From the NCBI GenBank assembly GCA_964484505.1, contig CAZAFB010000006.1, positions 14,337 through 78,336 of the forward strand: DNA of 64,000 nucleotides. The letters are read 5' to 3'. The notes beneath the pieces are model-generated. The model saw only the letters and a program-made list of their open reading frames with translations, had not been told where the DNA came from and made no database searches. Origin of the DNA: an uncultured Bdellovibrionales bacterium. GTDB taxonomy: Bacteria > Patescibacteriota > Minisyncoccia > Moranbacterales > GWC2-37-73. A program made the translations under genes and the position numbers. Below are positions 9,407-18,748 of the stretch, piece by piece (position 1 is the stretch's first letter; each line of letters begins with the position of its first letter).

Positions 9407-10327
9407 ATGGGCATCAAAAAGAACAAAAACAGTCCAATTAAACTCACCGCCAAAGAAAAGAGGAACATAGCCATAATCGGCAGTGGCGTAGTTGGCAAAG
9501 CCACAGGCAAAGGCTTTATGGACATGGGTCACGATGTTGTTTTTGCCGACATCAACACAATCCTAGTCAATCAGCTTTCCAAAGAAAAACTGACTGCCTA
9601 TGAAATGGGTAACAACCACTTATTCGATGAAGATATTTATATAGTAAGCGTCCTAACACCTTTCATGAACGACTCTATTGAACTTCGCTTTATTGAATCA
9701 GCTGCCGCAAGTCTGGGAAATATTTTGAAGCAAAATAAAAAATGGCCGGTAATAATAATCCGCAGTACCGTCCCCCCGGGAACGATTGAAGAAATAATAA
9801 TACCTTTGATTGAACATTTTTCCGGAAAAAAAGTTGACGAAGACTTCGGCGTAGTCATGAATCCCGAATTTCTCAGAGAAGTAAGCGCAGAAAAAGATTT
9901 TCTCAATCCCTGGGTAGTCGTAATCGGCAGCAACAACTATCGGGCAACCAAAGTTATTGAATCCCTTTACAAACCCTTCGGGGCGCCCATATTCGCCATG
10001 AGCCTCAAGGAAGCAGAAATGCTTAAATATGTACACAATTTGTATAACGCCAACAAAATTTCTTTTTTCAATGAAATGCGTATGGTTGCGGAGTCCATAG
10101 GGGTCGATGCTGACAAAATTTTCTCGGCCGTGACCAAGAGCGCTGAAGGAATATGGAATCCAACATATGGAACCAGAAATTTCGGTCCCTTTGGCGGCAC
10201 CTGTCTACCCAAAGACACCAAAGTATTTTTGAACTGGACCCATGACAAACTGAAAAAGAAACTGCCCTTACTTCACGCCACTATAAAAGTAAACGAGGAA
10301 CTTAAAGAAAAAGAATACCTGGAATAA
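9407..10327 (+). CDS. UDP-glucose/GDP-mannose 6-dehydrogenase family protein lacking the C-terminal domain
   Basis: GSGVVG, RSTVPPGT, NPEFLRE, KISFFNE, catalytic FGGTCLPKD; only 306 aa. Confidence 0.85.
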   Translation: MGIKKNKNSPIKLTAKEKRNIAIIGSGVVGKATGKGFMDMGHDVVFADINTILVNQLSKEKLTAYEMGNNHLFDEDIYIVSVLTPFMNDSIELRFIESAAASLGNILKQNKKWPVIIIRSTVPPGTIEEIIIPLIEHFSGKKVDEDFGVVMNPEFLREVSAEKDFLNPWVVVIGSNNYRATKVIESLYKPFGAPIFAMSLKEAEMLKYVHNLYNANKISFFNEMRMVAESIGVDADKIFSAVTKSAEGIWNPTYGTRNFGPFGGTCLPKDTKVFLNWTHDKLKKKLPLLHATIKVNEELKEKEYLE

Positions 10328-10328
10328 T

Positions 10329-13148
10329 ATGGAAAACTTTTGGACAAATATTTATACTCAACTGTCAACATCAGCATCCTTGATCGCTTTTTATGTTCCT
10401 TTGGGAATAATCGGCATCTGGCGCTGGAGCGTTTGGCTGATCAGAAAAATCGTTTCCCTCTTCTATCAAACGCCTATTGGCAACTTTTCCGGCACGCTTG
10501 CAATAATCACACCGGTATACAACGAAGATCCTTTATTTTTTAAAAAAGCGCTTCAATCATGGGCTCAAAACAAGCCGGATGAAATAATTGCCATTATCGA
10601 CTATTCGGATGAAACTTCTCTGGAAATATTCAGCAATTTTTCGCAAAAACACCCTGAGGCAAAACTCATTGTAACAAAAAAACCAGGAAAAAGACCCGCC
10701 TTGGCAGACGGCATCAGAGCCGCAAAAAGTGAAATTGTTGCCTTGGTGGACAGCGATACGGTTTGGGATAAGAACATCAAAAATCATCTCCTTGGGCCTT
10801 TTTCGGAAAGTTTAGTTGGTGGAATAACTATGCGACAAGATGTCCTCGAAACCGACACCTTGAGCAGAAAAATATTCAAATTTCATCTGGATAACCGCTA
10901 TCTGATTGAATATCCCTTTCTGGCAACAGTCAGTGACGCCCTGGCCTGCCTTTCCGGCAGAACAGCCCTGTATCGAAAATCGGCAATTATTAACTCACTT
11001 GATGATCTTGTAAATGAAACTTTTTTGGGTAAAAAAGTTATCAGCGGCGATGACAAATCACTGACCCATTTGATGCAGAAAAATGGTTGGAAAAGTAAAT
11101 ATTTGAGAGATGCGATCGTTCGCACCCCTGGATCGCCAAACATGCTGTTACTTTTCAAACAACAGCTTCGCTGGGCCAGAAATGCTTCCCGATCGGATAC
11201 TAAATTGATTTTTCAAAAGTGGCTCTGGAAAGAACACAAGGCCCTGGCGCTCTATCTGCTAGATAAATTCATCCAACCGTTTACCCTTCTCATAAGCGTC
11301 GCCTATTTCTTTTCTTCACTATTTTATGGAATTTGGCAAGCAGCCCTGTTAATATTCGCTTGGTGGATGATAAGTCGCGCCATCAAGATGTACCCCCACC
11401 TCAAAGAGAAGCCGTCGGATATCCTAATTCTCCCCTTATACATACCAATAACCTTTCTTACCGCACTGATACGGATATATGCTTTCATTTCCATGGACGA
11501 ACAAGGATGGATTACCAGATGGGATAAGACCAGGCTTGCAAGATTGCAATTAAAACACATGCTCAGTTCCCTTGCAGCAACTGCGGCAATCATCACAGGA
11601 ATATTTTTTGCCGTTGGAGCCTATAGGGAAGTCAAACTTACCGAACCAATTAAAAGAAACTTACCGGGCTACGAAAAAGTAACCGGCAAAGAAAAATCAA
11701 ATATTTTCACACCGCAACTGGCTCGTGCCGACAATCAGGAACTTTCCCAAAAGAAAGAACTTCTCCTGGAAAAGGCGAACCCCGATCCTTTCGGTTATTA
11801 TGTCATAAAAAGCGGCGATACCTATGAGAGTTTGTCGAAAAAATTCAACCTGGATCAAACGGCCAATTTGCTTGATCCCAAAAATAAGAATCCTCTGCCC
11901 AAAAATATTTTTTTGCAACAAGGTCAAAAAATAGCCGTCAAAACATCGGATTTACGCACTCCGATAAACACCACCATATTGACAACTAACCGATTTGCCA
12001 AACCTCCTCGCATAACCTATGACAAAACAAGCAATACCATATTCGTCATGGAAGGCGGGAGCGTAGCTAATCTTACCATCATAAGTAATGGCCTGCGTTT
12101 TATTAATCCAAATCTGCTTACTCAATCAAAAAAAGGCGAGTGGATTTTACGTGCCAATCTTTATGTCGGAAAAAATGTGACACTCGTACTTTCTGCAAAT
12201 GAAATATCCCTGCTCAAAATGAAGAGTGACCCTTCCGGCTTTATTTGGCTACTCAGCGAATCAGGCAATGTTTTGATATCTGGAATCAAAATATCATCAT
12301 GGAATGAGGAAATAAAAGCTCCAGATGAAGACATAAATGATGGAAGGAGCTACATAACAGCCAAGGACAGTGGTCGAATGGATGTGGTTAGATCAGACAT
12401 TGGATATCTTGGATATCCTGGTGCACCAAACAGGGGAGGTCCTTTCGGTGGCTCCTATGGCATTTCTTGGAAAATAAATAGCGGCGGCTTTGGAGATAAT
12501 TTACTTACTGGCGTTGTCCGAGAAAGCAGCTTTCACAATAATTATTTCGGCCTGTACACATTTGGCGCCACAGGAATGCTTATTGATAGCAATAAATTTT
12601 TCAAAAACATCGAATATGGACTTGATCCCCACGACGATTCCAATAACCTCCTGATTGTAAACAACATATCATACAACAATGGTAATCACGGTATTATCCT
12701 TTCCAAGCGGTGCTTCAATAACGTGATTGCGGAAAATATTTCCCATGATAACAGACTGCATGGCATAATGTTGGATCGTTCTTCAAACAATAACCTGGTC
12801 AGTGATAACATAATATACAATAATACCGATGGCATAGTACTATATGATTCTCATAGCAATGTAGTGTACAACAACAAGATTTATAACAACACCAAAGGCA
12901 TAAGAGCTAACGCCGGATCTTCTGAAAATTTCTTTGAAAATAATGAGATTAGCACCAACAACGTTGGCATATATTTATACGAAGGCGCGAAAATAAATAC
13001 CTTTTTAAATAATGACGTACGCGAAAATGAAGTTGGGATTGTTTTGAAAGATGCGGACAATAATATCTTGTTTGATAATCTGAAACCACTTGATAACAAA
13101 AAAGACGGACAAGTTACCGAAGATTCTCAAGACAACAATATCCAATAA
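10329..13148 (+). CDS. processive GT2 polysaccharide synthase fused to a LysM-like segment and an AlgG-like right-handed beta-helix
   Basis: PVYNED, KPGKR, DSD, GDDK, QQLRW plus TM helices; YVIKSGDTYESLSKKF; YGLDPHDDS...HGIILSKRC and Asn-rich PbH1 repeats. Confidence 0.85.
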   Translation: MENFWTNIYTQLSTSASLIAFYVPLGIIGIWRWSVWLIRKIVSLFYQTPIGNFSGTLAIITPVYNEDPLFFKKALQSWAQNKPDEIIAIIDYSDETSLEIFSNFSQKHPEAKLIVTKKPGKRPALADGIRAAKSEIVALVDSDTVWDKNIKNHLLGPFSESLVGGITMRQDVLETDTLSRKIFKFHLDNRYLIEYPFLATVSDALACLSGRTALYRKSAIINSLDDLVNETFLGKKVISGDDKSLTHLMQKNGWKSKYLRDAIVRTPGSPNMLLLFKQQLRWARNASRSDTKLIFQKWLWKEHKALALYLLDKFIQPFTLLISVAYFFSSLFYGIWQAALLIFAWWMISRAIKMYPHLKEKPSDILILPLYIPITFLTALIRIYAFISMDEQGWITRWDKTRLARLQLKHMLSSLAATAAIITGIFFAVGAYREVKLTEPIKRNLPGYEKVTGKEKSNIFTPQLARADNQELSQKKELLLEKANPDPFGYYVIKSGDTYESLSKKFNLDQTANLLDPKNKNPLPKNIFLQQGQKIAVKTSDLRTPINTTILTTNRFAKPPRITYDKTSNTIFVMEGGSVANLTIISNGLRFINPNLLTQSKKGEWILRANLYVGKNVTLVLSANEISLLKMKSDPSGFIWLLSESGNVLISGIKISSWNEEIKAPDEDINDGRSYITAKDSGRMDVVRSDIGYLGYPGAPNRGGPFGGSYGISWKINSGGFGDNLLTGVVRESSFHNNYFGLYTFGATGMLIDSNKFFKNIEYGLDPHDDSNNLLIVNNISYNNGNHGIILSKRCFNNVIAENISHDNRLHGIMLDRSSNNNLVSDNIIYNNTDGIVLYDSHSNVVYNNKIYNNTKGIRANAGSSENFFENNEISTNNVGIYLYEGAKINTFLNNDVRENEVGIVLKDADNNILFDNLKPLDNKKDGQVTEDSQDNNIQ

Positions 13149-13155
13149 AATATGT

Positions 13156-13995
13156 ATGAAAAGTAAGATAGTAAATCTGTTGTTCATTGGCACCTATTTG
13201 ACTGCCATAGTTGCAGTGATCTTTTTCGCGACGCGTTCCGTTATCCAAAAAGAATCTTCACCAAAAGAAAAAGCTGAGCAAATAACCATTCCTGAAATCG
13301 CCGAATCCCCGTCTCCCTCCCAAGTCATAGCCCTCAGTTGCTGGAGTCTGACATTGCCCATCGAAGACATAAAAGACAGCAATCTTCCACTGACCGTACG
13401 ACAACCGGAGCTTGGAAATTTTTCATTTAGCCCATGGTTTGAAACAAACAAGGAATCGGACGGCGTGATCTTCAGGGCTCCAGTCAATGCCCCGACCACC
13501 AAAAATTCAGATTATCCCCGTAGTGAGCTACGAGAGACTGAATGCGGAGAAAATAAAAATAAATTTTGGTCATCCACAAACGGCACTCACTCACTCTATC
13601 TCGATCAAGCCATAACTGCCACTCCTAAAAATAAACCGGATGTAGTCGCTGGGCAAATACACGGCGATGACGATGATATTGTAACTATCAGATTGGAAGA
13701 TAAAAAATTATATGTGGCAAGAAACAAAAGCGATCTATGCGTCCTCGATGATAATTATTCTTTGGGGAAAAGATTCGGCGTGAAATTCGTCATAAAGGAT
13801 GGGCTTATCAGCATATATTATAACGACAATCCGCAATTCTCCTGTTCTTTAGAAAAAAAAGTTTCCAAAGCATATTTTAAAGCTGGAGCATATACCCAAT
13901 CTAATTGCAAAACTGAAGGGAAGCCAGAACTTTGCACTTCCAAAAATTACGGTGAGGTTGTGATATACGAAATCTCAATAACTCATTCTCATTAG
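13156..13995 (+). CDS. polysaccharide lyase family 7 (alginate lyase-like), N-terminally membrane anchored
   Basis: PL7 motifs YPRSELRE, QIH, YFKAGAYTQ; N-terminal TM helix. Confidence 0.88.
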   Translation: MKSKIVNLLFIGTYLTAIVAVIFFATRSVIQKESSPKEKAEQITIPEIAESPSPSQVIALSCWSLTLPIEDIKDSNLPLTVRQPELGNFSFSPWFETNKESDGVIFRAPVNAPTTKNSDYPRSELRETECGENKNKFWSSTNGTHSLYLDQAITATPKNKPDVVAGQIHGDDDDIVTIRLEDKKLYVARNKSDLCVLDDNYSLGKRFGVKFVIKDGLISIYYNDNPQFSCSLEKKVSKAYFKAGAYTQSNCKTEGKPELCTSKNYGEVVIYEISITHSH

Positions 13996-14102
13996 AAAAA
14001 ACAACAACTCAATTCATACAACAAAAAGGCAAGGAAAAACCATTAACCGCTTCATCGCGCTCATTTTTTTCATTTGATCAATCTCATGTTTGTGTTCATT
14101 TT

Positions 14103-14462
14103 TTAGCCCATCCTTGGATGGCCATGCCCCATTGTAGATGATGCCGTGCCCGCCCAAATGGCTGCTATTACCAAAATTGCACCGACAACAAAACTATTCA
14201 AAAGAACTTTCGAGGTCATTGCAGCAAACACAAACGGGGACACAATTAGCCATACGCCCAAAAGACCGCTAACCCAGTTAATCCACATTGACGATCTCAC
14301 CGAGGAAATTTCAATGATTGAAAACAGGGTTATCAATACCCCCACAAAAAACATGCTACTCATAAACCCCGCGCTCATAAAAAGTGCGGAAAGTATCAAC
14401 CAAACCCCGGCGAACAAGCCAATCCAGCCAACTGTCAAAATTTTGTCCGATTTGCTCATCAT
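14103..14462 (-). CDS. SPW-repeat small membrane protein
   Basis: two GxWLIxSP/A-type repeats, four TM segments, ggagg RBS upstream. Confidence 0.75.
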   Translation of the reverse strand: MMSKSDKILTVGWIGLFAGVWLILSALFMSAGFMSSMFFVGVLITLFSIIEISSVRSSMWINWVSGLLGVWLIVSPFVFAAMTSKVLLNSFVVGAILVIAAIWAGTASSTMGHGHPRMG

Positions 14463-14593
14463 AAGCTTTTCACCTCCTTCTAATTTTATATGCTTTCAAA
14501 GTGTAATACACTCTTATTTTGCTTATATTCGGGACAAAAAGAAGTCGCATGAAAAAAGTGGGATTCGCTCTTGCGAAAACCCACTTGAAAATT

Positions 14594-14879
14594 AAGAGGG
14601 GTCTGAGATTGCTTTAGCCTTGGATGGAATTAACGCGACATCTTTGCTTTTCGACTGTCTAAGTCTTAACACAAGAATTCCGCGAAATCCACCCTGATTC
14701 TCGTCAAAGACGATACTTGGGAATTTCCCTAGGCTGTCACTCGGCATCAAATAGAACTTGGGTTGCCCTGATTTGCCATGACGGGAGTCCCACAACCCTC
14801 GGGCAAACTTCGCCCAAGTTTGGGCTTTTCCCCTTTTCAGGGAATCACGTTTGTTTTGTTGCGCCCCCAAACCCCTCTT
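14594..14879 (-). ncRNA. candidate structured non-coding RNA of unknown class (~285 nt)
   Basis: ends form a 14-bp stem that pairs fully (two G-U) only on the minus strand; TGnTATATT -10-like element just upstream; no convincing ORF. Confidence 0.45.
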
Positions 14880-14935
14880 TATTTAAATATAGCAATCAAT
14901 AATTATTTATCAACAAAGTTATCCACAAGCAACAC

Positions 14936-15880
14936 TTATACCTGGAGAAAATATCCTGAAAAACCTTGTTTTTTTCCAGCTGTTATTTCACCAACACCAA
15001 ACCATAATTTTGAATGAGAAAGAACATCTTCTCCGCAAACCAAAAGATTGCTAGCATCTTTAAACAATTCATAGTCAAGCTTAGTTTCCATTGAATATAT
15101 TCTTGGGATACTATCTTTATGAGATCTTGCGATATCAAAAACAAGACACTTGTTTCCTTTTTCGCTCAAAATTAAAAAACTGTGATTGCTTGGAAATTCA
15201 TCCGGATCTTCAATGTCATTCAAAATAATACCACTCATGTAGCTTGCCTCAATTCCAATTTTTCTGAGCACGTATTGACCCATGGCGGCCCTTTCAGCAC
15301 ATGCCGTTTTTCCAACCAAATCCGAGAGCTTTGGAATATTTTCATTGCTAAACAATTTAGATCTTTCGAAAGATTTTTCACCAGAATATTCTTCCACTCC
15401 AAGAATAACTTCAACTTTTCTTTGCACCTCCAATAAAGCATAAAATAAATACGGATCAAGATCACATTTTAACTTTTGTAAATATTCAACTACTTTTTCT
15501 TCCCATATCTCCATAAACGCTTCTTTCAATCGTGTTTCATTGGCCAGTTCCAGTTCTTTTTCAAAAGCATCGAAATCCAATTCCAAATACAATTCAAGCT
15601 CCTTTCTAAAAATAGACCCTCCTATTGGCAGCTTGTCCCCTGTTTTTAGCTCATCAGCCCAAATTCCACGATAAATATTCTTGATCCGCGTGTCATTTTC
15701 TTTATTTTCTAAAGCAATCTCATCTTCTGTCCTCTCTTCAATTGCTATGGAACTTTTTTGCTCTTGTTTGGCCGTGATAGTTTTTATAATTTCAGTACCA
15801 TTTTTTTCTGACATAATTTTATACTCAGAGTTTCTTATACTTTTTATTATATCATTAATATTAACTTCGTTCTCCCCCAA
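14936..15880 (-). CDS. hypothetical protein (possible transglutaminase-like Cys-His-Asp fold)
   Basis: 314-aa acidic ORF with ACAERAA, NHSF and VFD motifs; start uncertain. Confidence 0.55.
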   Translation of the reverse strand: MGENEVNINDIIKSIRNSEYKIMSEKNGTEIIKTITAKQEQKSSIAIEERTEDEIALENKENDTRIKNIYRGIWADELKTGDKLPIGGSIFRKELELYLELDFDAFEKELELANETRLKEAFMEIWEEKVVEYLQKLKCDLDPYLFYALLEVQRKVEVILGVEEYSGEKSFERSKLFSNENIPKLSDLVGKTACAERAAMGQYVLRKIGIEASYMSGIILNDIEDPDEFPSNHSFLILSEKGNKCLVFDIARSHKDSIPRIYSMETKLDYELFKDASNLLVCGEDVLSHSKLWFGVGEITAGKKQGFSGYFLQV

Positions 15881-16022
15881 AATAAAAGGGAGATAAAGCC
15901 CCTTTTAGCCTAAATGAGTTAAGCAAATGACGTTAGAACTGTTTTTATGAAGAAAAATGAAATAATCTATATTTCAAGTATAACTATTACCGATCAGGTC
16001 TAGCCGATAAACCCACACAAAG

Positions 16023-16964
16023 TCAATATTTAATCAACTCATACTCTGGCTCTTCATTATTCTTCCATCCATTTATTATAAAAAAACCATCTGATTGCTT
16101 ATATAGAGACTGCTTACCATTTTCAACATTGATAATGTAAATATCTCCCTTCTCTGCATTGGGATCGCCGATGGCAGCGCCATAGACTAGTTTTTTTCCA
16201 TCTTCAGAAAGTTTTGCATCCCCAAACTGGTTATATTTTAATTTTACGTCAAATGTTTTTTTCACTTTTCCATCACGATTTAAAATTTTAATTTTTTTAT
16301 CATCATCCCCACTATTTGCAGTCATAACAAAGATAGCCTCGTCTTTAGACATATCTGTTATAAAGTTATTGACCAAAACAGCTCCATCATTAGTTTTAAT
16401 ATCAATTCCAATAATTTTTGCTATGCTATTTTCATTAAGTCTTAGTTTATAAAGAGCAACTGGACCTCCATATAAAATATATCCGCCTCTGCCAGCTATG
16501 GATATTCCAATATACAAATCGCATTCTGCTTGTTTAAATATTTCCGCATTAACCTCGTAATAGTTGCTAAAATTCTCATCCCCAACAACTTTATTATCTT
16601 TCTTGAAAACAATCCTTGTTCTTCCATTATAATAATCATATTCAAGATTGATTTTTTTGCCATTGCAAATTACTTCTTCAATTTTTGAATCATCAATCAT
16701 GGTTACGCCACCACCAGAACTATTGGCATTATCTGCTACTTGTTTATTTTCATCCTTTAATCCAATCTCGTCTTGATTTAAATAAAGTTGCTCCTCTGAT
16801 GGTTTTGGTGGCATATATTTGCTTGAAATTGTAGCCCTATCGACAGTATAAAGATAAATAAATCTAGCAGCAAAAATGGTGAGAATTAAAATAAATGTCA
16901 CAGAAAAAAATAATGTATATTTTTTAATTTTAGCCTTATCGTGATTTTCAAAAAAATCTATCAT
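16023..16964 (-). CDS. membrane-anchored hypothetical protein with beta-propeller-like repeats
   Basis: N-terminal TM; SKDEAI and LSEDGKKLVY TolB-like repeats. Confidence 0.6.
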   Translation of the reverse strand: MIDFFENHDKAKIKKYTLFFSVTFILILTIFAARFIYLYTVDRATISSKYMPPKPSEEQLYLNQDEIGLKDENKQVADNANSSGGGVTMIDDSKIEEVICNGKKINLEYDYYNGRTRIVFKKDNKVVGDENFSNYYEVNAEIFKQAECDLYIGISIAGRGGYILYGGPVALYKLRLNENSIAKIIGIDIKTNDGAVLVNNFITDMSKDEAIFVMTANSGDDDKKIKILNRDGKVKKTFDVKLKYNQFGDAKLSEDGKKLVYGAAIGDPNAEKGDIYIINVENGKQSLYKQSDGFFIINGWKNNEEPEYELIKY

Positions 16965-17060
16965 TTTTTAAATTTTATAAATTAATATCAATATTATAAC
17001 ATAGCCTAAACCCTCCACATTAATCACAAAAAATAAGGCTACATAAAGCCTTATTTTACT

Positions 17061-17273
17061 TGCACGGGGTGAGGGAATTTCCGCTTCCTTCGTCCGCCGT
17101 CGCGGACCCAGTTAATTGCCCTGGGCAGCGCCAAATGCTCGTCCGCATTTGTCGACGCTCACTGCGAAAATTCCCTGCTGAGAATTTTCTAGTTCGCTTC
17201 TGCCCATTCGATTCCCTTTTCACTTTCACACATAAGCTAAAAACACACTCTGATTGGTGTGTTTTTAGCTTAA
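17061..17273. mobile_element. tRNA-Trp 3'-linked structured mini-element with an 18-bp duplication of the tRNA 3' end
   Basis: tgcacggggtgagggaat at 17061-17078 equals 17274-17291; the interior is homologous to 18017-18170. Confidence 0.6.
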
Positions 17274-17275
17274 TG

Positions 17276-17346
17276 CACGGGGTGAGGGAATCGAACCCCC
17301 GCCAAAAGTTTTGGAGACTCTCGTTCTACCACTAAACTAACCCCGC
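17276..17346 (-). tRNA. tRNA-Trp(CCA)
   Basis: cloverleaf GCGGGGT...ACCCCGT-G, anticodon loop CTCCAAA, GGTTCGATTCC T-arm. Confidence 0.93.
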
Positions 17347-17417
17347 CTTCGTCCGCCGGAGCGGACTTCGGCGGGCAAGCCCGCATAGCCGCGAAGGCGG
17401 AATTTTCTATTTCAAAA

Positions 17418-17582
17418 TCACTTCATCTCCTTATGCAGCGTATGCTTTCTGCAGCGATTGCAGAATTTGTTCACTTCCAATTTTTCCTTGATTTTCTTCT
17501 TGTTGCGTGAAGTGTAATAATTAATTTCCTTGCATTCACTGCAACGAAGCTTCACCATATTTTCCTTAGTTTTAGTCGCCAT
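17418..17582 (-). CDS. rpmG: 50S ribosomal protein L33
   Basis: [19 protein letters not shown]...[14 protein letters not shown]. Confidence 0.95.
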   Translation of the reverse strand: MATKTKENMVKLRCSECKEINYYTSRNKKKIKEKLEVNKFCNRCRKHTLHKEMK

Positions 17583-17781
17583 GTTTGTCTGTGAGGTACG
17601 AGCAGCTACAAACATGAGCGTCCCGCACCAATTCTCTTATTAAAATCTAAATTATTTATTCACTAAGCCATAGGCGTTTCCGCGCGATAAAATGACAAAT
17701 ATCACTGACCAAATTCGGAATTTGGTGCGGGAGGCCATTCCTATTTTTTTTGTTGTCGGCTGGCAACTGCCAACAAACTTG

Positions 17782-17907
17782 GAGCCGCTTAGCGGGATTT
17801 CACGTCGTTATCACTCCTTGAAAACCCACGGTTTTCAAGACTTTCCTCCAACAGAAAACTCCCGTTTTCCGACCCTTTCCCTGTTCAATTCTTAACTCAA
17901 AAGAGTT
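17782..17907. mobile_element. tRNA-Thr 3'-linked mini-element with a degenerate copy of the tRNA 3' end
   Basis: gagccgcttagcgggatt matches tRNA 17908-17925 at 15/18; contains gttcaat, antisense to the T-loop, plus hairpins. Confidence 0.45.
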
Positions 17908-17908
17908 G

Positions 17909-17981
17909 AGCCGTTGTGCGGGATTGAACCGCAGACCTCATCCTTACCATGGATGCGCTCTACCAACTGAGCTACAACGGC
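17909..17981 (-). tRNA. tRNA-Thr(GGT)
   Basis: GCCGTTG...CAACGGC-T acceptor, CATCC-ATGGTAA-GGATG anticodon arm. Confidence 0.95.
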
Positions 17982-18016
17982 AACATATCAATTAACTTAT
18001 AAAAAACAGCCTCGAT

Positions 18017-18224
18017 GGATTTCCGCGTCGCTCATTTGCCGTCGCAAACGCGCTCCTTGTCCTGGGTAGCGCCAAATCCTCGCTTGCTCGAATTTGTCGG
18101 CGTTCGCTGCGGAAATTTCCTGCTGAAAATTTTCTAGCTCACTGCCACCCGTTCGAATCCCCTTTCACTATTCATATCAATGTTTTAAATTAATGCCTTG
18201 AGAGGCATTAATTTAAAACATTAT
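18017..18224. mobile_element. tRNA-Tyr 3'-linked structured mini-element (homologue of 17079-17273)
   Basis: colinear with the Trp-linked element, with compensatory stem changes; contains gttcgaatccc, antisense to the tRNA-Tyr T-arm. Confidence 0.55.
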
Positions 18225-18225
18225 G

Positions 18226-18308
18226 TGGGCAGGGAGGGATTCGAACCCCCGAAGACCGAAGTCGGCTGATTTACAGTCAGCTGTAATAGACCACTCTACC
18301 ACCTACCC
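18226..18308 (-). tRNA. tRNA-Tyr(GTA)
   Basis: GGGTAGG...CCTGCCC-A acceptor, GCTGA-CTGTAAA-TCAGC arm, long variable arm. Confidence 0.95.
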
Positions 18309-18319
18309 ATTTGGTTTAT

Positions 18320-18724
18320 TCATAAACAGCTTTCCAAGCTCTTGAAATCATCAGCTGAATGAATGTGCATTTTTTGCTTATTTTTACTAGGCTCTATTCT
18401 TAATTTAAATGTACTTCTATTAATTTCAGAAACAGGAATATAATAAATATCTCTCGTCTTCCCATTGTAAGCAGCAATAACATCTATCTCTTTATCGGAA
18501 TAGTGCAACACTGACCAATTATTACTGCTTCTGCAATTAACCTCCATCGCACCATTTTTTGGCGTGACATACTTAACTTGTATCCTGATAAATCTGCCAT
18601 CCACTTCTGCAACCAAATCATATCGATTGTTTTCCCCAATAGGCATCAACACCCTCCAACCATCCTCAATAAGACGTGCGACCACATACATTTCAGCAAT
18701 ATAGCCCTTTGTCTTTTTATTCAT
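18320..18724 (-). CDS. group I intron-type PD-(D/E)XK endonuclease (I-Ssp6803I-like), free-standing
   Basis: KGYIAE...RYDLV...RIQVK catalytic pattern, Y..KEIDVIAAY, IYYIP. Confidence 0.8.
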   Translation of the reverse strand: MNKKTKGYIAEMYVVARLIEDGWRVLMPIGENNRYDLVAEVDGRFIRIQVKYVTPKNGAMEVNCRSSNNWSVLHYSDKEIDVIAAYNGKTRDIYYIPVSEINRSTFKLRIEPSKNKQKMHIHSADDFKSLESCL

Positions 18725-18748
18725 TGTTTTATATTACCAATTTCCCTG

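Noticed and set aside
14594-14879. RNase P RNA, tmRNA or ORF 14592-14870
   Set aside because: The conserved RNase P and tmRNA signatures were not found, and the ORF has no recognisable motif or RBS.
17060-17335. ORF with a duplicated MHGVRE segment, or a tRNA intron
   Set aside because: The duplication is the tRNA-Trp 3' end read antisense, and the tRNA gene is complete and uninterrupted.
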